DNA of 64,000 bases from assembly GCA_964016885.1 (NCBI GenBank), contig OZ024743.1, forward strand, positions 334,800,001 to 334,864,000, given 5' to 3'. Source of the DNA: Eledone cirrhosa. Taxonomy: Eukaryota. Below are positions 26,192-45,170 of this stretch, in pieces (position 1 is the stretch's first letter; every line of letters starts with the position of its first letter). A program made the position numbers and the translations under genes. Below the pieces are notes generated by a model. That model was given only the letters and a program-made list of their open reading frames with translations. It did no database searches and was not told where the DNA came from.

Positions 26192-27084
26192 ATTATTCTA
26201 TGCACAAACACATATATGTAGAAAACTCGGACGGATTTTCTTCGTGGATACCTTAGGCGGTGATCACCTATCGCAACAACTATTGGTCACACTGCCTAAT
26301 CTCGCTGCAACCATCCAAGGGCACATTGTATTCTAACAACCTCTGAGAGACGATGAGGCATATGAACATGTTGCCTCTTTCGCCTCAGTCAAAAACAAAA
26401 ACATAAACACATTTTTTCTTCTCTGCCCTTTCTTTGCTTATTTCTTTAAAGTTTACCTTACTTCCGTTGGTATACATCTATTACGTAATTTACACCTGAA
26501 GATGTCACCAGGTTCTTACTTAACTTGGCCACTGAAATGTGCATATTGAGTTGATGGAAGATGTTTGGAAACCCGTGAAAATATTCTGCATCACTAATTC
26601 AAATGGCCAACTTTGTCACTCCTTTACATTCCGAATCTCCCTGAGAGTTACGTTAAGGGTACACGTGTTTATGGCGTGTTCAGCGAATTATACGTTAATG
26701 TCAATAGCAGGCTGTTCTATTGATCAAACGAATAAAACACTCAACAATCGATAATGATATTGGTTCTTTTAGAAAATAGAAATAGATTTTCTAAATTTTA
26801 TTTTTTAAAACATTTTACATCTAATTAATTCTTTATTTCAAATGCAAATATTTGTTCGCTGTTTATTGTAATTTATTCATAAAGTATCCGCAGATATTTT
26901 AATGTAAATTATGTTGGCACCAATTTAGTTGAGAGAAAAGACACAGACTGGCAGGGTTGAAAGCACGTATCTAACCAACACGTAACCACCCTATGATGTA
27001 AGTGGTAACTGTCGCGTCCCACGTTAGTAAGCTTTTGTTCTTTTTACCAAAATTGTGAATGTATTGTGGGAGTGCGTGACCTAA

Positions 27085-27360
27085 TGATAAAGCTATTGGA
27101 TATATGATCATAATTGTGTGGGTTCGTTTCCTGGATTGGGTTGTATGTTGTGTTCTTGAGCAAAACACTTCATTTCACGTTACTCCAGTATACTCAGATG
27201 AAAATGAGTACCAACAAGAGCTGGGTGTTTAACGCTGTGATGGATTGCCGTCTTGTCCAGAGGAAAGTCTTGCACTTTCAATCGCTTCACACTATGGAAA
27301 CCAGGATACACATCGGACTGATGAACCACCGGATTCGAGACAGACCTTAGACTAGACTTA
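27085..27360 (+). mobile_element. tRNA-derived SINE with CORE-like body
   Basis: B-box-like ggttcgtttcc followed by gtgttcttgagcaaaacacttcatttcac. Confidence 0.6.
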
Positions 27361-28029
27361 TTGTCGAATAACGTTTCTCCTTAGTTCAATTCTCAATATA
27401 CTGATTTCATTTTCCCTTTACATTATAAAACTAGGATATGGTAAAGTAACTAAACGAATATATAAGGATGTTGATTAGAATCAGCAATATTTGGCGAAAT
27501 GAGAGCAAAATTACGTTTACAATATTTTAGATAAAACATTTCTGTATTATGTATGGCAAAAATGTTTTGATCAGTTTCATATCCGATCTTTAGCAATTTT
27601 TTCCCGGGATGCGTGTATAGTACTGGATTGGTGGCAACTAAGAAGGTAGCCGAACAGAATAAATTTCTAAAATAATAGGAATTATCGGCAAATTATTGTT
27701 TTCAATCTGCAGTGGTCAAGATGTTTGGAAGAGCTGACAAATGATAAAGTAGTTCAAGTCCATTTTGGTGGCAAGTCTTACCAAATTATCATTCACGGCA
27801 ATGCTGCGAGTGTTTTGGAAGGAAATTGTTACAATGAAACTCTAGCGAAAATCTTTGTGGGGTGTGTTTTAGTGTGTGTGCGTGTCTTCGCTTTTTCTCT
27901 TTTTTTTATTTAAATATTTTGTTTTTAATTTCATGTAATTTCATGCGAAAACAATTATTATAGTTACTTGTATCTTAACTAACAATAACTAATAATACTT
28001 AAATATAATAACAGTCTTAACCACTAAGC

Positions 28030-28481
28030 CAGAAATGGAAAACTTGTGGCCCTCTATGCCATTCAGTGCGGCTTTTTGAAAGAATAAACAATTTCCAATA
28101 AATCTTTAATGTTTATTTACATGATTTTATCTATCTCTTATTATTTTAATTTAAACCATAAGACGAACGTAATTTAGATAGGAAGGAGTAAAAGAAAATT
28201 CAACGAAATTATCCACACTGACAGACAGCCAGAATGTAAAAAATTAGTAGATTATAAGAGCCAATATCAAAATACTTTCCTACAACAAGCAGTCACAACA
28301 AACTCATTAAAAGTTAGATTTAGAATTGAAGTTTTCCATTTTTTCTTAGTTCATAATAATTAGATTTTGACAAAATAATGTAAATTTTAAGAATATATAA
28401 TTATGGTTTCTTGAATGTCTCCTTATTGTATTACAAGTAACTTAATGCGGCCTTTCAACATGAAAAGGTTCCCCACCTCTG
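28030..28481. mobile_element. hAT (Charlie-like) MITE
   Basis: Degenerate TIRs cagaaatggaaaactt / aggttccccacctctg; 8-bp TSD cactaagc / ctctaagc. Confidence 0.65.
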
Positions 28482-28899
28482 CTCTAAGCTGCTGACGAAT
28501 TTATAGTCAATACATCATTTTTAAGTCATCTGAATATCTTATTCAAGAAATCCAGGCGTAGTAATCTGAGTTTGCACAAAACCTACTGATTGCGTTTTAA
28601 GTATTATATGTATTATTCCAATGGATTAATTATTGGATTTGAGATATGATTCTCTATTGCTTGAGCTTATTGATTTACAATCATACAGGTTGTGGATACG
28701 AATATTCGTACCCGACTACTAGAAGCCGCATTGTTATCATGACCATATGCTGTAAGCAACGGTATGGCCAATACTAATATACAATGATTCTTGCGACTAA
28801 TACTTGAAGGTAAATAGTCTCTACCAAACTGACTGCATATAAACATACATCGTAAAAACGAAGAATTGATAATGGGGTTCACTAGATAGAGACAAACAG

Positions 28900-29042
28900 A
28901 CAACAGAGGAGAAGAGAAAGAAAGGGGAGAGAGAAAGCGCGAGGAGACAGAAAGATGATAGAGCGAAAGAGAGAGAGAATAGAAAGAAAAAGAGAGAGAA
29001 AAGAAAGAAATAGAGAGGAGAGAGAGAGAGAGAAAGACAGAG

Positions 29043-29108
<66 letters not shown>

Positions 29109-29140
29109 AGAGGAAGAGAACGGAGAGAAAAAGAAAGAGA
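28900..29140. repeat. (GA)n-rich low-complexity tract
   Basis: Direct reading. Confidence 0.9.
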
Positions 29141-29907
29141 GATGCACGGACATACATACACATAGACAGACGAACATACAGGCAGAGAGGCAGATATGTT
29201 GAGGCAATGAGAGAGAGGCCCATATACCGGTGTTACACTAAACGCTTTCGAATGATAAATACTGTAACTTCGTTTCATATAACTTGTAATGCTCTTTGAG
29301 AGAAATTGGTTATTATGACTTGTCGCATTTCACACCAATAAATTAGGGTTTATTTTCTGCAGTCTAATTGATCTTAGATATATATCAGATACTGTAGAAT
29401 ATATATTGACTATGATAATATCTCTAATTTCATTAAGTCTCTTGCTATGGTTATGGTTAGTTTTAAGTATACGTGATCAACACATTTAAAATAAATAAAG
29501 ATCTAATGAAACCTTTATTATAATTACACTATTTATCTGTCCAACGTGTCCGAAGTTGGACATTTGTGAAGGGTCAACGAGTTAAATTCCAACAAGTAAG
29601 TATGAGTAGTACAATCGATTGTTACATTCGTACTTTTCTATCAAATTGGCCTTCTGCCTAGACGAATCAAATCATTGTAAAGCTATTTTGAGGATAAAAG
29701 TTGTGTGTACATACAGCTGTAAATATTGTGGTTAGCTAATTGGTTCCTGGCATTAAAATAATTAAGTCTCAATATAACAAAACCGCAGAGGAAAAGGTAA
29801 TGTCCAAGTAAGCACATTTAGCTAGTAAGTTTCAATTGTTGGTCGAAGATATTCATTTCATACACCATGATGTCCATTTTATTTACATGCTAAATATGTA
29901 TGATGAA

Positions 29908-30478
29908 GGTACATGGCTCAATGGTAAAGTTATTTAGCTCACGATCATAAGAAGTTGAGTTCGATTCACTGCGGTGCGTTTTGTCCGTGAGCAAAACACT
30001 ATATTTTACTTTGCTCAAGTCCATTGTGCCTTTAAACATGACACATTATTTCACTTTGTTCCAGTCCATTGTGCCTTTAAGCATGACACATTATTTCACT
30101 TTGCTCCAGTCTATTGAGTCCTTGAGCAAGACGCTTTATTTGACTTTCCTCCAGCCCATTGAGTCCTTGAGCAACACACTATTTCACCTTGCTCCAGTCC
30201 ATTGTGTCCTCGAGAAAGACACTTTATTTCATTTTCCTCCAGTCTTTTGTGTCCTAGAGCAATACATTTTATCTTACATTGTTCCAGTCGACTCAGCTGA
30301 CAAAAAAAAAAGATTATATCTTTTACATTCAGTGGCACCCTAAATCTCCACGAGAACTACGTTAAGGGTACATGTGTCTGTGGAATGCTCAGCCACCTAC
30401 TTGTTAATTTCACTAGCAGACAGTTCCATTGATCGTGTCAACTGGAAAACTCATCGTCGTAACTGACGGAGTGCCTTC
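29908..30478 (+). mobile_element. tRNA-derived SINE with tandemly amplified CORE-like segment
   Basis: A-box TGGCTCAATGG, B-box GTTCGATTC, seven ~45-bp units at 29981-30290; tail shared with 26635-26750 and 37265-37380. Confidence 0.75.
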
Positions 30479-32424
30479 AAAATATATATGTATATATCTA
30501 AATTAGTAAAACACTATTCAATCCATCACGAATTTAAACAGCACTAGCTGGCTGCTGTGCGAGGATAACTTCCACCAGTTAAGTAAGCTTTCAAAGGAAT
30601 CATGAGTGACTCCCTTCCTCCTTTAGATAAGAAATTAAAACAAAAATAGTAAAATAGAAGATCAGATCTATCAACTTCATGCGACACAGTAATATATTAC
30701 AATATTTCCATTTCCCCGAGATATGTGGTGTAAGTGGAATATCTTCCTTCGGAATCAAAACTTGTTTTCAAGTCTTTAGTTCCCAGAAGCTTATTGTATA
30801 CACAATATCCTTCATTTCAGTTATACTCCGGTCACCCACGAACGATTACGCAGTCTCATTCCACGAATGTAAAACATTGTGTGCTCTTGCCTTAGTAAAA
30901 CAATCTATGAAGGCTAACTAAGAAGATTTTTCACTAGTAGAACATGGATAGATAGTAATTCATCTTCATATTTTAAAATGCAATATCACGTTTTCAATGC
31001 AAGCAATGAAACACACTTTGCTCAGTGACGATTGTTGGTTTAAATGTATCCGATAAGAATCTGCTCGATATGTCATTTGTATATTGTTACTAAATCTCTG
31101 ATATATCTGTAAACAAGATTATAACATTCCAACTGCCATGTTTCCAGCAACTAGTTTACTTATCGATCACGTTTTTCCTCCTGTAGTTGACTCACAACCG
31201 TTTATGTTAAACATATATCACATCAGTCACTTTATATATCACATCAGTTCACGGACTCTTGACTAAACTGTAGCCACAAAGAAAATTATACACAGTAATA
31301 AACAAGCCCAGGAAGTCTTTAATATAAAATTGTGTTGATTAAATTAATACTGGGCACCGTTCAGAAAATATATGCACCTAGTGCTTTAAATTAAGCTTCC
31401 AGCAAATGTATCCCATTTGATCATGAAGCTAACTCAATCATCTGAATAGATAAAACATCTGAGGCTGAGTAGGTACAAATTCTCATAAATATAATATAAT
31501 GAGGAAAGAACGAGATTTTATGATGATGTTGACATTGCCACGAATATTTACGACCGAAGTGAATGGGGAAACAAAATCTACCTTCGTTTGATCGGGATAC
31601 ATTTTCAACTATATAAATATTGCTATACTTTTGCATACCGATTGTTTTTGTGTCAGCACAAGACGAGGTAATTTAGTAGTTTTATGTCAAGATAACATCG
31701 AAGTTTTGAAAATCATTAGCAGTGAAAAAAATAAGGTGAAATGATATAAAAGGAGAACCGAAAGTGAAACGAAGACATCCAAACATTTATCAGGAGAATT
31801 GGACCAAGTTATGTTATTAGCCTGTCATCAATTTTATAGTGATGATGTAATCAAATATTGTGATATAATCATATATTGTAAAGGAAAGAAAAATAGTATG
31901 ACAAAATGGCGAATTAGAGCGGTACGGGGCGATGCAATCTGGTGAAATGTGATGCTGTTAATTTCAATTGAATCATATACACTTGATATTTACGAAGCTT
32001 ATCGACAGTTATTCGATAGAAATATCTCGCATAATCTGTGACAATGAATCTTAAATAATCGAATTAAGATGATTAAACTCATTGTGATTCGATAAAATAA
32101 ATTAAACTGCATGGTGCAAAATTATATTCAAATAAGCAATGAAATTGATAATGAAGATATATTTAATTATATTTGATGAATCTGGGAACAATGTGATTAA
32201 TAGCAATATAAACATTATAATAGACTGCTTCATATTTTATTGCTGATATTTAATAAATGAACATTATGTAAGATACATTAGGGATTTATTTTAGAATAAT
32301 ATTTTTACAAGCCTATAATGGGTACTTAAAGGATGATCGATATACAAGGAATAATAGCTGAACACCATCAAAATAGCCCCATACAATCTTCAATTGGAAT
32401 TATAGTCAAGCACATATAAAATGT

Positions 32425-32575
32425 CAGTGAGCTGGCAGTCATTAGAACGTCGGATAGAATGCTTTGCGGTATTCGTCTCTGCTCACTGCTCTCTCAGTTC
32501 AAATCCCGCAGAGGTTAACTTTGCCTTTCATCCTTTCAAGATTGATAAAACATTACCAGTCTAGTACTGGATCGA
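32425..32575 (+). mobile_element. tRNA-derived SINE
   Basis: gttcaaatcccgcagaggttaactttgcctttcatcc, as in the 38793-38980 family. Confidence 0.7.
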
Positions 32576-33059
32576 TTCTTCTTCTATAATCATTTCTCAC
32601 TTTCTATCCTTCCCTTGAAAAGAATTTGCTGTGTTCACACTTGGAGAGGAATGGGCTCCGCCTGGCTTAAAATACCCAAGAAACGACGCCCATACGGCTC
32701 CATCAGAATTTACGGGCCCAGACCATATCATGTAAAAAGATGTGTGCTGAAAGGTTTTCATCATAAATCTGCTCAAATATATATATATACAGTAGTCTCA
32801 AACGTTGCATTAGTAGGAGAATTAATACATGTGTTAGAAAATATGTGTTAGAAAATATGATATATTTAAACAAAATTCTTTTTCTGTTACCTACAAAGAT
32901 CATCTGGTTTGAAGCGTGATCACTGATCACCGCTTGGGAGTGAAATAGAAGTCGCAAGATATCCAGTTTAAATAAACGGAATATATAAAATGAGCGTGGG
33001 TTTGTGTGTGCAGGCGTTTTGTACATACACAGACACACACATACACACACACAAATGTT

Positions 33060-33375
33060 CGAGTCTGCGTGCATTTATACATATATACCATTTAATATAT
33101 GTGTGTGTGTTGTACAGTTGTACATACATTTATATCATTTAATACATATCTGTATGCGTATGTTGTACAATTGTACATACATATATATCATTTATTACAT
33201 GTGTGTATGCGTATGTTGTACAATTGTACATACATATATATCATTTATTACATATGTGTATGCGTATGTTGTACATTTGTAGATTCATATATATCGTTTA
33301 ATACATATGTGTGTGTTGTATATTTGTATATACACACATATCATTTAATACATATGTGTGTGTGTGTTGTGCATG
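33060..33375. repeat. ~53-bp minisatellite (~6 degenerate copies)
   Basis: Units start at ~33113, 33166, 33219 and onward. Confidence 0.75.
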
Positions 33376-33864
33376 TGTACTTACGAACCCCTACCGTGTT
33401 TAAATAGACAAAGTTCAGTGATTGAATTCTACAATATATCCACCACTACACATCTGTAAAATACCTTTTGGCAATGTTCCTATTAATTAAAATTTACAAT
33501 CTCACAATTATTTATATTTTAGCCACTTCATGTCACATCTATTCATTCGAATCTATGTAGAAATTCTATCCAGTCTTAAATTTGTCTATCCTAAAGACAT
33601 TATATCACGATAGTGTTGTTAAAACTAATTATTCAGTGTTTATTTAAGTCGGGTTCATATTAAAACACAGAATGAAAACTTATCTTTCATTGTTTACACA
33701 CGCGCTAAGACATAGAAAAAAAACCATTAAATTAACTTTTTACTACTGTTTCTATACGTTGACCCTAATCCTTTCTATTGTAATACATCTTGCTGAAATA
33801 AAAGCAAGTGTTGATCAATTATTTTTTCAATATCGAAAAAGTTCATTTAACTCTAGCATACCTT

Positions 33865-34350
33865 GTAGATCCCATACTCTGGTAGCTCCCATAATCTGGT
33901 AGATCCCATACTCTCGTAGATCCCTAACTCTGGTAGATCCCATACTCTCGTAGATCCCATACTTTCGTATATCCCATACTCTGGTAGATCCCATACTCTG
34001 GTAGATCCCATACTCTCGTAGATACCATACGCTGGTAGATCCCATACTCTGGTAGATCCCATACTTTGGTAGATCCCATACTCTCGTAGATCCCATACTC
34101 TCGTAGATCCCATACTCTCGTAGATCCCATAATCTGGTAATCTCATACTCTGGTAGATCCCATACTCTCGTAGATCACATACTCTCGTAGATCCCATACT
34201 CTGGTAGATCCCATACTCTCGTAGATCACATACTTTCGTAGATCCCATACTCTCGTAGATCCCATACTCTCGTAGATCCCATACTCTCGTATATCCCATA
34301 CTCTGGTAGATCCCATACTCTGGTAGATCCCATACTCTGGTAGATCCCAT
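33865..34350. repeat. 17-bp minisatellite, ~28.5 copies
   Basis: Consensus gtagatcccatactct(g/c). Confidence 0.95.
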
Positions 34351-34774
34351 GATCAAAGATATCTATTTCCTCACATCACATTTTCTATCACCTTACTAAA
34401 ATATATAATATGTTTTTATGGAAGAGGAAGACAATAGGTATTAAAGGTGTGACTTAGTAAACTCTGACATTAATCTTCCGTCTGGTCCCTTTTTACTCTA
34501 ATTTTAGCCGCTTAATATATTTGAGATGGTTTGCGATTTCCTGTCACAAAGGAAATATTGTAGCATTTAGAAATAAATGTTTAGAAATGTAATGTAACTG
34601 CCATAATGAAAATACAGCATGTCCGCGTCTCTGTTTTCATTTCTTTACGACAGTTACATTTATATAAGACTATCAGATACCTAGCTGTGTCAGGGTAAAC
34701 AGATGCTAAGAGAAAACCGGTAGAAGAGAAAACAACTGCATTGGATGCGTTGTTTGGAATATGAGGCGAGACCA

Positions 34775-34840
<66 letters not shown>

Positions 34841-34864
34841 CAAAACAAAAACAGTCAGAATCTG

Positions 34865-35135
34865 CCAGATATACCAGATTCTTCGTTGTACCGATCGTGT
34901 ATAGTATATGAAGATTCCTAAGTGTTCTCACCCGTGAACAACCTAAATATAATTTTCCATGGGTAAAAACCGATTCTCTCTTATTCAATCCTACAACTTT
35001 GAAACTCTGACTCTGAGCTTTATTTACGGTCATAGCAAAAATAGCTCTAACAGGGAACTGAAGTCTTGAGAATTTGAAAGCCAGCTCAGTAGAGAAAGGG
35101 ATAAGAGGAATCTTGGGAATAAATGCATTTTCTCC
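34865..35135 (-). mobile_element. Helitron PIF1-like helicase C-terminal fragment
   Basis: FIPKIPL..FSRLQFPVRAIFAMTVNKAQSQS..VFTHGKLYLGCSRV..TKNLVY. Confidence 0.88.
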
Positions 35136-36349
35136 TTGATGGTTGCTTCCAAGAACATCTAGGGGAATCCTTTATGGTTGTCTCCTAGTCTGCTATAAAT
35201 AGCTGCCAGGTTAGTTAGCATACCCGGTACGTTTTTCCTCTTATTTATTGTTATAACATGAGTATCAATAAACCATTCCGGTTATACCCTTATTCCATCC
35301 GTGTACTTACTTTTCGATTGTCAGTTTTTGTTTTTATGTGATGCGCAAAGACACGAACCCACAAATATTTCTCTTTTATATTATATATATATATATATAT
35401 CTTTTTAATGTATTTCTAATTAATACTACATTTCTCTTTGCTTACTTATTGCCGACACACCGTAATCTTCTACTAATGAATTCTATCTGTATTTTATCGC
35501 AACGTATCGCATGATCTAGCTAAAAGATGGTTGATAAGGGCCGTAGAGAAGTGGTTAAGTTTCCAGAGAATTGCAAAACGATATGTGCTTCTAATGAAAG
35601 AAAACCACTATGGAAAAAGTGAAGAGAATCCGAAGCCACTGTTGCAATTTAATCTATTTTGTCACAAACTTTACACGATTTCACCCCATATCTCTAGAAA
35701 TGTTTATATATACATCGAACTTTATATCGAACTTTATATCAAAGTTTGAAATTATTTTCATACAATTCGAATATCAATTTTCATGCGGACAAATGATTTC
35801 CTCACATGCTATTAAAAAGTATGCCAAATTATAAATACTAAGATTTCTCCGAGGAAAAATCTTATTTTCTACGTAAAAATAATAATACTATGTGGGCTGT
35901 TCAGAAGTTTAGGAAATCTGCCAAATGCGAGAATAAGCGCCAACAATAATCACATAAAAAATATAAAATGTTCTAACATATATATTATACAGAGTGACAT
36001 AAATATTACATACACATATTTATATACGTATACACAAATACTGAAAACGTTGTGTATATACACACATATGTGTGCATACATTCACTTTTTAATCCTGGTT
36101 TCCAGATAATAAATGGCAGTTTCTAAATCAGAAATGCTATTTTTATTGGTAGATTATGGTTTTATAAAATAAATTTAAATGCTTCCAAATTTGGCTACAT
36201 CAGAATTGTTGTCTATGGAGAAGATATTGTATGAATCTGTTTTAAACTGAGGAAATATTCCACGTAAAGATGAATGTAGATGTGAGCTAACCTTATCGTG
36301 GAAAGAACTATTGTATTCAAACTATCACACATATTCCATAATCACAAGA

Positions 36350-36600
36350 ATTTATCCAGGTTTCGTGGCCTGAAGCGACTGAGAGTACAAAACTCTCCCC
36401 TGGACATGACGCCCATCCATTGCAGGGTTCAACCCACAGCTATTGCTGGTACTCATTATCAACTGAGTATACTGGAGCATTGTAAAATGAAGTCTTTTGC
36501 TCAAGAAGACAACGCAACACACAACCAAACCCAGGAATAAAACTCATGACATTATGATCGTAAGTCGAACACCCTTACCATCAGGGCACACGCCTACAGA
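36350..36600 (-). mobile_element. SINE (CORE-like), degenerate
   Basis: Minus strand has ggcgtgtgccctgatggtaagggtgttcg, then tcttcttgagcaaaagacttcattt. Confidence 0.55.
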
Positions 36601-37964
36601 ACTCTAATGATATAAAAGGCCTACAGAACTCTAATGATATTAAATCCCACCTCATATAAAATATTAGGTGGGATTTATCTGCAGCTAAAAACGAGAGTGT
36701 TTTCTCCAAACCTACAGAAGTGCTACTTAACGAACCACGTGTTAATTTTACTGTGCCCTATCTTCTCATGACTGTGAAATATGGATACTTTGCCCTAAAC
36801 TACCAACTGATGGTACGTACTAACTCCTGGAAGAATGTTCAATTAAATAATTAGCGTCTTGACACTAATCACATGGCAGTTAAGCTCTAAACTTTCAATT
36901 TATTTTCTTACCTCACTCTCGTCAATGATTTTCAAGAGAAAGGCAGCCATTTACGCAAAAGATGTTCGCATACAATTATGTAGTCAGAGAAACGTTAGGT
37001 TATACTTAGCAGTGGCATTCAGGGGCCCAATATCAACTGTGTTGCAGCCATTCAAAATATGTCTCCTCACGTTTAAATATAGTATATTTCCTTCCATTCA
37101 TCTGCCACAGATGTTCCTCTAAGTCGTTAGAAAGTACAATAAAATAAGAAATGGTAATATTGTTTTCATTTTCTTTTCCTAATGGCACGTATTTGTAGAT
37201 GAGCAATTTATAACCGGTATATTATAACTTGTAATGGACCTCCATCGAGTTCTACAATGACTATTCCAGTTGCTCGATCAACGGAACAGCCTGCTCATGA
37301 AATTAACGTGCATGTGGTTGAGTATTCCACAGACACATGTTCCATTATTGTAGTTCTTAATGGAAATTCAGCGCGACACGGTGTGTGAGGCTCCTGGCTC
37401 TCTGACGTACAGTTACTGTCCTTCCCATGGATTTCCAAGTACCCTCCATCTTTTGAATTTCACTCAGAAGGCATACTAAATAACACTCACCCAAGATGCC
37501 CCACAATGTCCCACCTGTCCCTGCTGTTGTCACACGTTACAATTACAGAAAGAACGAAAGACAAAGTTAAGACCGACAGAATATTAACTAAAAAAGAAGC
37601 AAATGAAAACCTAAATATTCCAGTATTACTGTTCTTTGACATGTTGCCGCTTCTATTGCTTAAATGTCTTTATACGACATATTATGGATAGTTGGAGCTT
37701 TCAAATGACTGAGAGATCATGTGATTCAGAGAAAATATAGACCTCTGATCCTGAAGATGCAACTAGTTGTTGGATACATTTTCTCGTCTTTCCGTCAGTT
37801 ATTTACTGCGTTTGTTCTCACTGATAATTAATCAATCTCACCAATCTTGTAAGGCCTGCAAAGCTCAATGGCATTGTCACCCATACCTAATTATATTATA
37901 AAAGATAGCACTCTATTTTCCTAAATGTCCGCGTTTTGAGAATATTTAAGAAAATTCTTGGAAA

Positions 37965-38100
37965 GTGACATTGTACATCTCTGTATATCTTGAGTTTCTC
38001 TTTTTTAACAAACTATCGATATTTAAGAAAATTCTTAGAAAACTGAACATTGTACATCTCTGTATATCTTGAGTTTCTTTTTTTTTAACAAACTATCGAT
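37965..38100 (+). repeat. ~79-bp tandem duplication
   Basis: acattgtacatctctgtatatcttgagtttc..caaactatcgat occurs twice. Confidence 0.8.
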
Positions 38101-38629
38101 TCTGTGTTAACTCTTATAAACCCGGATATCGATGGAAAATGGATAGCAACAAATCGACTTTGGTGCGTAGACAAATTATGTTTGTTTGTGATAAAGCAAC
38201 ATTAGATAACAATTAATTACATCTAACGACGTTAGTACAATATGCTATGGTATGGTTGCTTGCTCTGTTAAAGATAATTGTTTCTATTATGATATACACG
38301 AGATATACTTCATCCCGTATAGGAACTTCCATGATTAACTGGATTGGTAACGAGAATGTTTCAATCAGACAGGTTTAAGTAGTTTGGTTGGTTTTAGCTT
38401 ACTAGTAAATAAGTCTATCATCATTGAGTTATCTAACTAGAAACATGTGAATTTTAAATATATATATATTTGGATAGAGCCAGTTTAAAACTTGTTAGAC
38501 CATTACTGAACGGAGTACCAGATCTTTGGGGATCTAGAATCGAAACTAGCTGTTGAAACGGCAACAGCTTAGCTGTCGGTTCCAGACTCTTTATAATATA
38601 TATAATATATATAATATATTTATAATATT

Positions 38630-38682
<53 letters not shown>

Positions 38683-38792
38683 ATAATGATAAATTTGGAG
38701 ACTAAAATCCCGTTAAGGGTGAAAGCAGCGATTCTTTGCTTAAACTTTAATCTGTTATTTTAATATATATATGTGTGTGTATGTATCTATAT

Positions 38793-38980
38793 AATTGTTT
38801 CTACTTTAGGCACAAGGCCAGCAATTACCCAGTGCATTACTGGTACTTTATTTTATCGACCCCGTAAGGATGAAAGGCAAAGTCAACCTCGGCGGGATTT
38901 GAACTCAGATCGTAAAGGGACGTAACTATGCTGGAAGGCATGCGTCCGACCCTCTACCGATACTGCCAATCCACCGCCCT
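38793..38980 (-). mobile_element. Full-length tRNA-derived SINE
   Basis: ggcggtggatTGGCAGTATCGG..gaGTTCAAATCCcgcc..ataaagtaccag..gccttgtgcctaaagtagaaacaat. Confidence 0.8.
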
Positions 38981-39228
38981 TTATGTATCTATATGTATCT
39001 ATATATATATGTAATATATAGGCATATATATTATATATGTATATAATATATAAATATGTAATATATACATATATTTATTAAAATAACAGATTAAAGTTTA
39101 AGCAAAGAATCGCTGCACCCTTTAATCTGTTATTTTAATATATATTTGCTCTAGGGTTCTTATATATTTGATATATATTTATCCTTATCGAGCCCTCTTT
39201 GGATTTTAACCTTCACATGTATTATTAT

Positions 39229-39311
<83 letters not shown>

Positions 39312-39346
39312 TATATACATATATATATACATATATATATATATAC

Positions 39347-43026
<3,680 letters not shown>

Positions 43027-43491
43027 CATATATAATATATATATTGACGGATAAGTATTTCTTCTTGATTTTATTTTGAGCTAAGATTCTATTTGTTTTT
43101 TCCCCAGATTACACAAAGTCTGAGGATAAAATTTTCTTCTTGACCTGTTTTGAATTAAGATTGATTTATTTTCCCATATTTTACGTTAAATATTTTTCAT
43201 CTTGATGTGAGGAATTTTTCCTTGAGTGTGACTAATCCCAGTTTAAAATAAAAAACTGCAATAATATTGCTTTATGCTGAACTCCATATTTTTTGTTTAG
43301 TTTTTTCGAAATTTTTTGACTGCTGTTTCTTGTAAACAGACTTTAGTCTCATCGCGGCATCACTAGCCAGTCTCCAGGTGTGTTTTTATTATTTCAATTC
43401 CACACGATGTTTGACTTGCCTGCTTTTAAATTCCTCTCTGGCATACTTTAGCCGTGTCTTTGTTAACGTGTTGAGCACTACTGATGAACGA

Positions 43492-43550
<59 letters not shown>

Positions 43551-43814
43551 GGAAAAAATGAAACGAAATTTCATTTCCCACTCTTAGTACGGCTGTTACT
43601 TAAATATAAGTATGTACACGTACATACATATATGTATACAGACGTACAGTAGTATGTATATATATATACATACATGCACACATATATATATATGTACGTA
43701 TGGATTCACCGAACATTTATTATAATGCTCGGTGTGTTTGTAAACAAACATCTCATATTAAGCCGTAGTGTCCAGCAACCATCGTTGCTCGTTTGTTCAA
43801 CACTGACAAAGGAA

Positions 43815-43855
43815 CGCTTTACTAGTTTCAAGCTTATTAGCTATCGTCAGCAACA
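43815..43855 (-). ncRNA. Minimal type-I hammerhead ribozyme (unit 1; weakened stem I)
   Basis: GUUG-CUGACGA-U-AGCU/AGCU-U-GAAA-CUAG-UA-AAGC. Confidence 0.7.
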
Positions 43856-44240
43856 TATACCTTCCTGCCAGATTGTTGAACGTATATACTTACCTTATGC
43901 ATATTAACGGCTGAGTAGCCCAATTTGCATATCGAGTGGGTTAATCGGCCGGGTGCACCGAAAACGATAAATGGAAAAAATGATATGAAATTTCATTTCC
44001 CACTCTTAGTACGGCTGTTACTTAAATATAATTATCTACACGTACATACATATATGTATACAGACGTACAGTAGTATGTATATATATATTCATACATACA
44101 TGCACACATATATCTATCTGTACGTATGGGTTCACCGAACATTTATTATAATGCTCGGTGTGTTTGTAAACAAACATCCCATATTAAACCGTAGTGTCCA
44201 GCAACCATCGTTGCTCGTTTGTTCAACACTGACAAAGGCA

Positions 44241-44281
44241 CGCTGTACTAGTTTCAAGCTTATTAGCTATCGTCAGCAACG
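44241..44281 (-). ncRNA. Minimal type-I hammerhead ribozyme (unit 2)
   Basis: CGUUG-CUGACGA-U-AGCU/AGCU-U-GAAA-CUAG-UA-CAGCG; palindromic ACUAGU stem III, GUA cleavage triplet. Confidence 0.85.
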
Positions 44282-44469
44282 TATACCTTCCTGCCAGATT
44301 GTTGAACGTATATACTTACCTTACGCATATTAACGGCTGAGTAGCCCAATTTGCATATCGAGTGGGTTAATCGGCCGGGTGCACCGAAAACGAATAAACG
44401 TAAAAAAGAAACGAAATATATATATACATACTACTGTACGTCTGTATACATATAAGTATGTACGTGTAC

Positions 44470-45166
<697 letters not shown>

Positions 45167-45170
<4 letters not shown>

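Noticed and set aside
26496-26555. Hammerhead (CTGAAGA..GAAATGTGCATA)
   Set aside because: Core is present but stem I does not pair and stem II is imperfect; at best a decayed copy. The partial GAAAC-palindrome motifs at ~10335 and ~19818 lack CUGANGA.
30540-30640. hAT dimerisation-like LLNWWK on the minus strand
   Set aside because: Single short motif; flanking frames give no supporting similarity.
33865-34350. CRISPR array or repetitive protein (ORFs 33827-34356)
   Set aside because: Contiguous 17-bp units with no unique spacers and no cas genes; a period not divisible by 3 makes all frames give the same peptide.
38900-38980. tRNA gene
   Set aside because: A/B boxes are present but there is no cloverleaf, and the sequence continues into a multi-copy SINE body.
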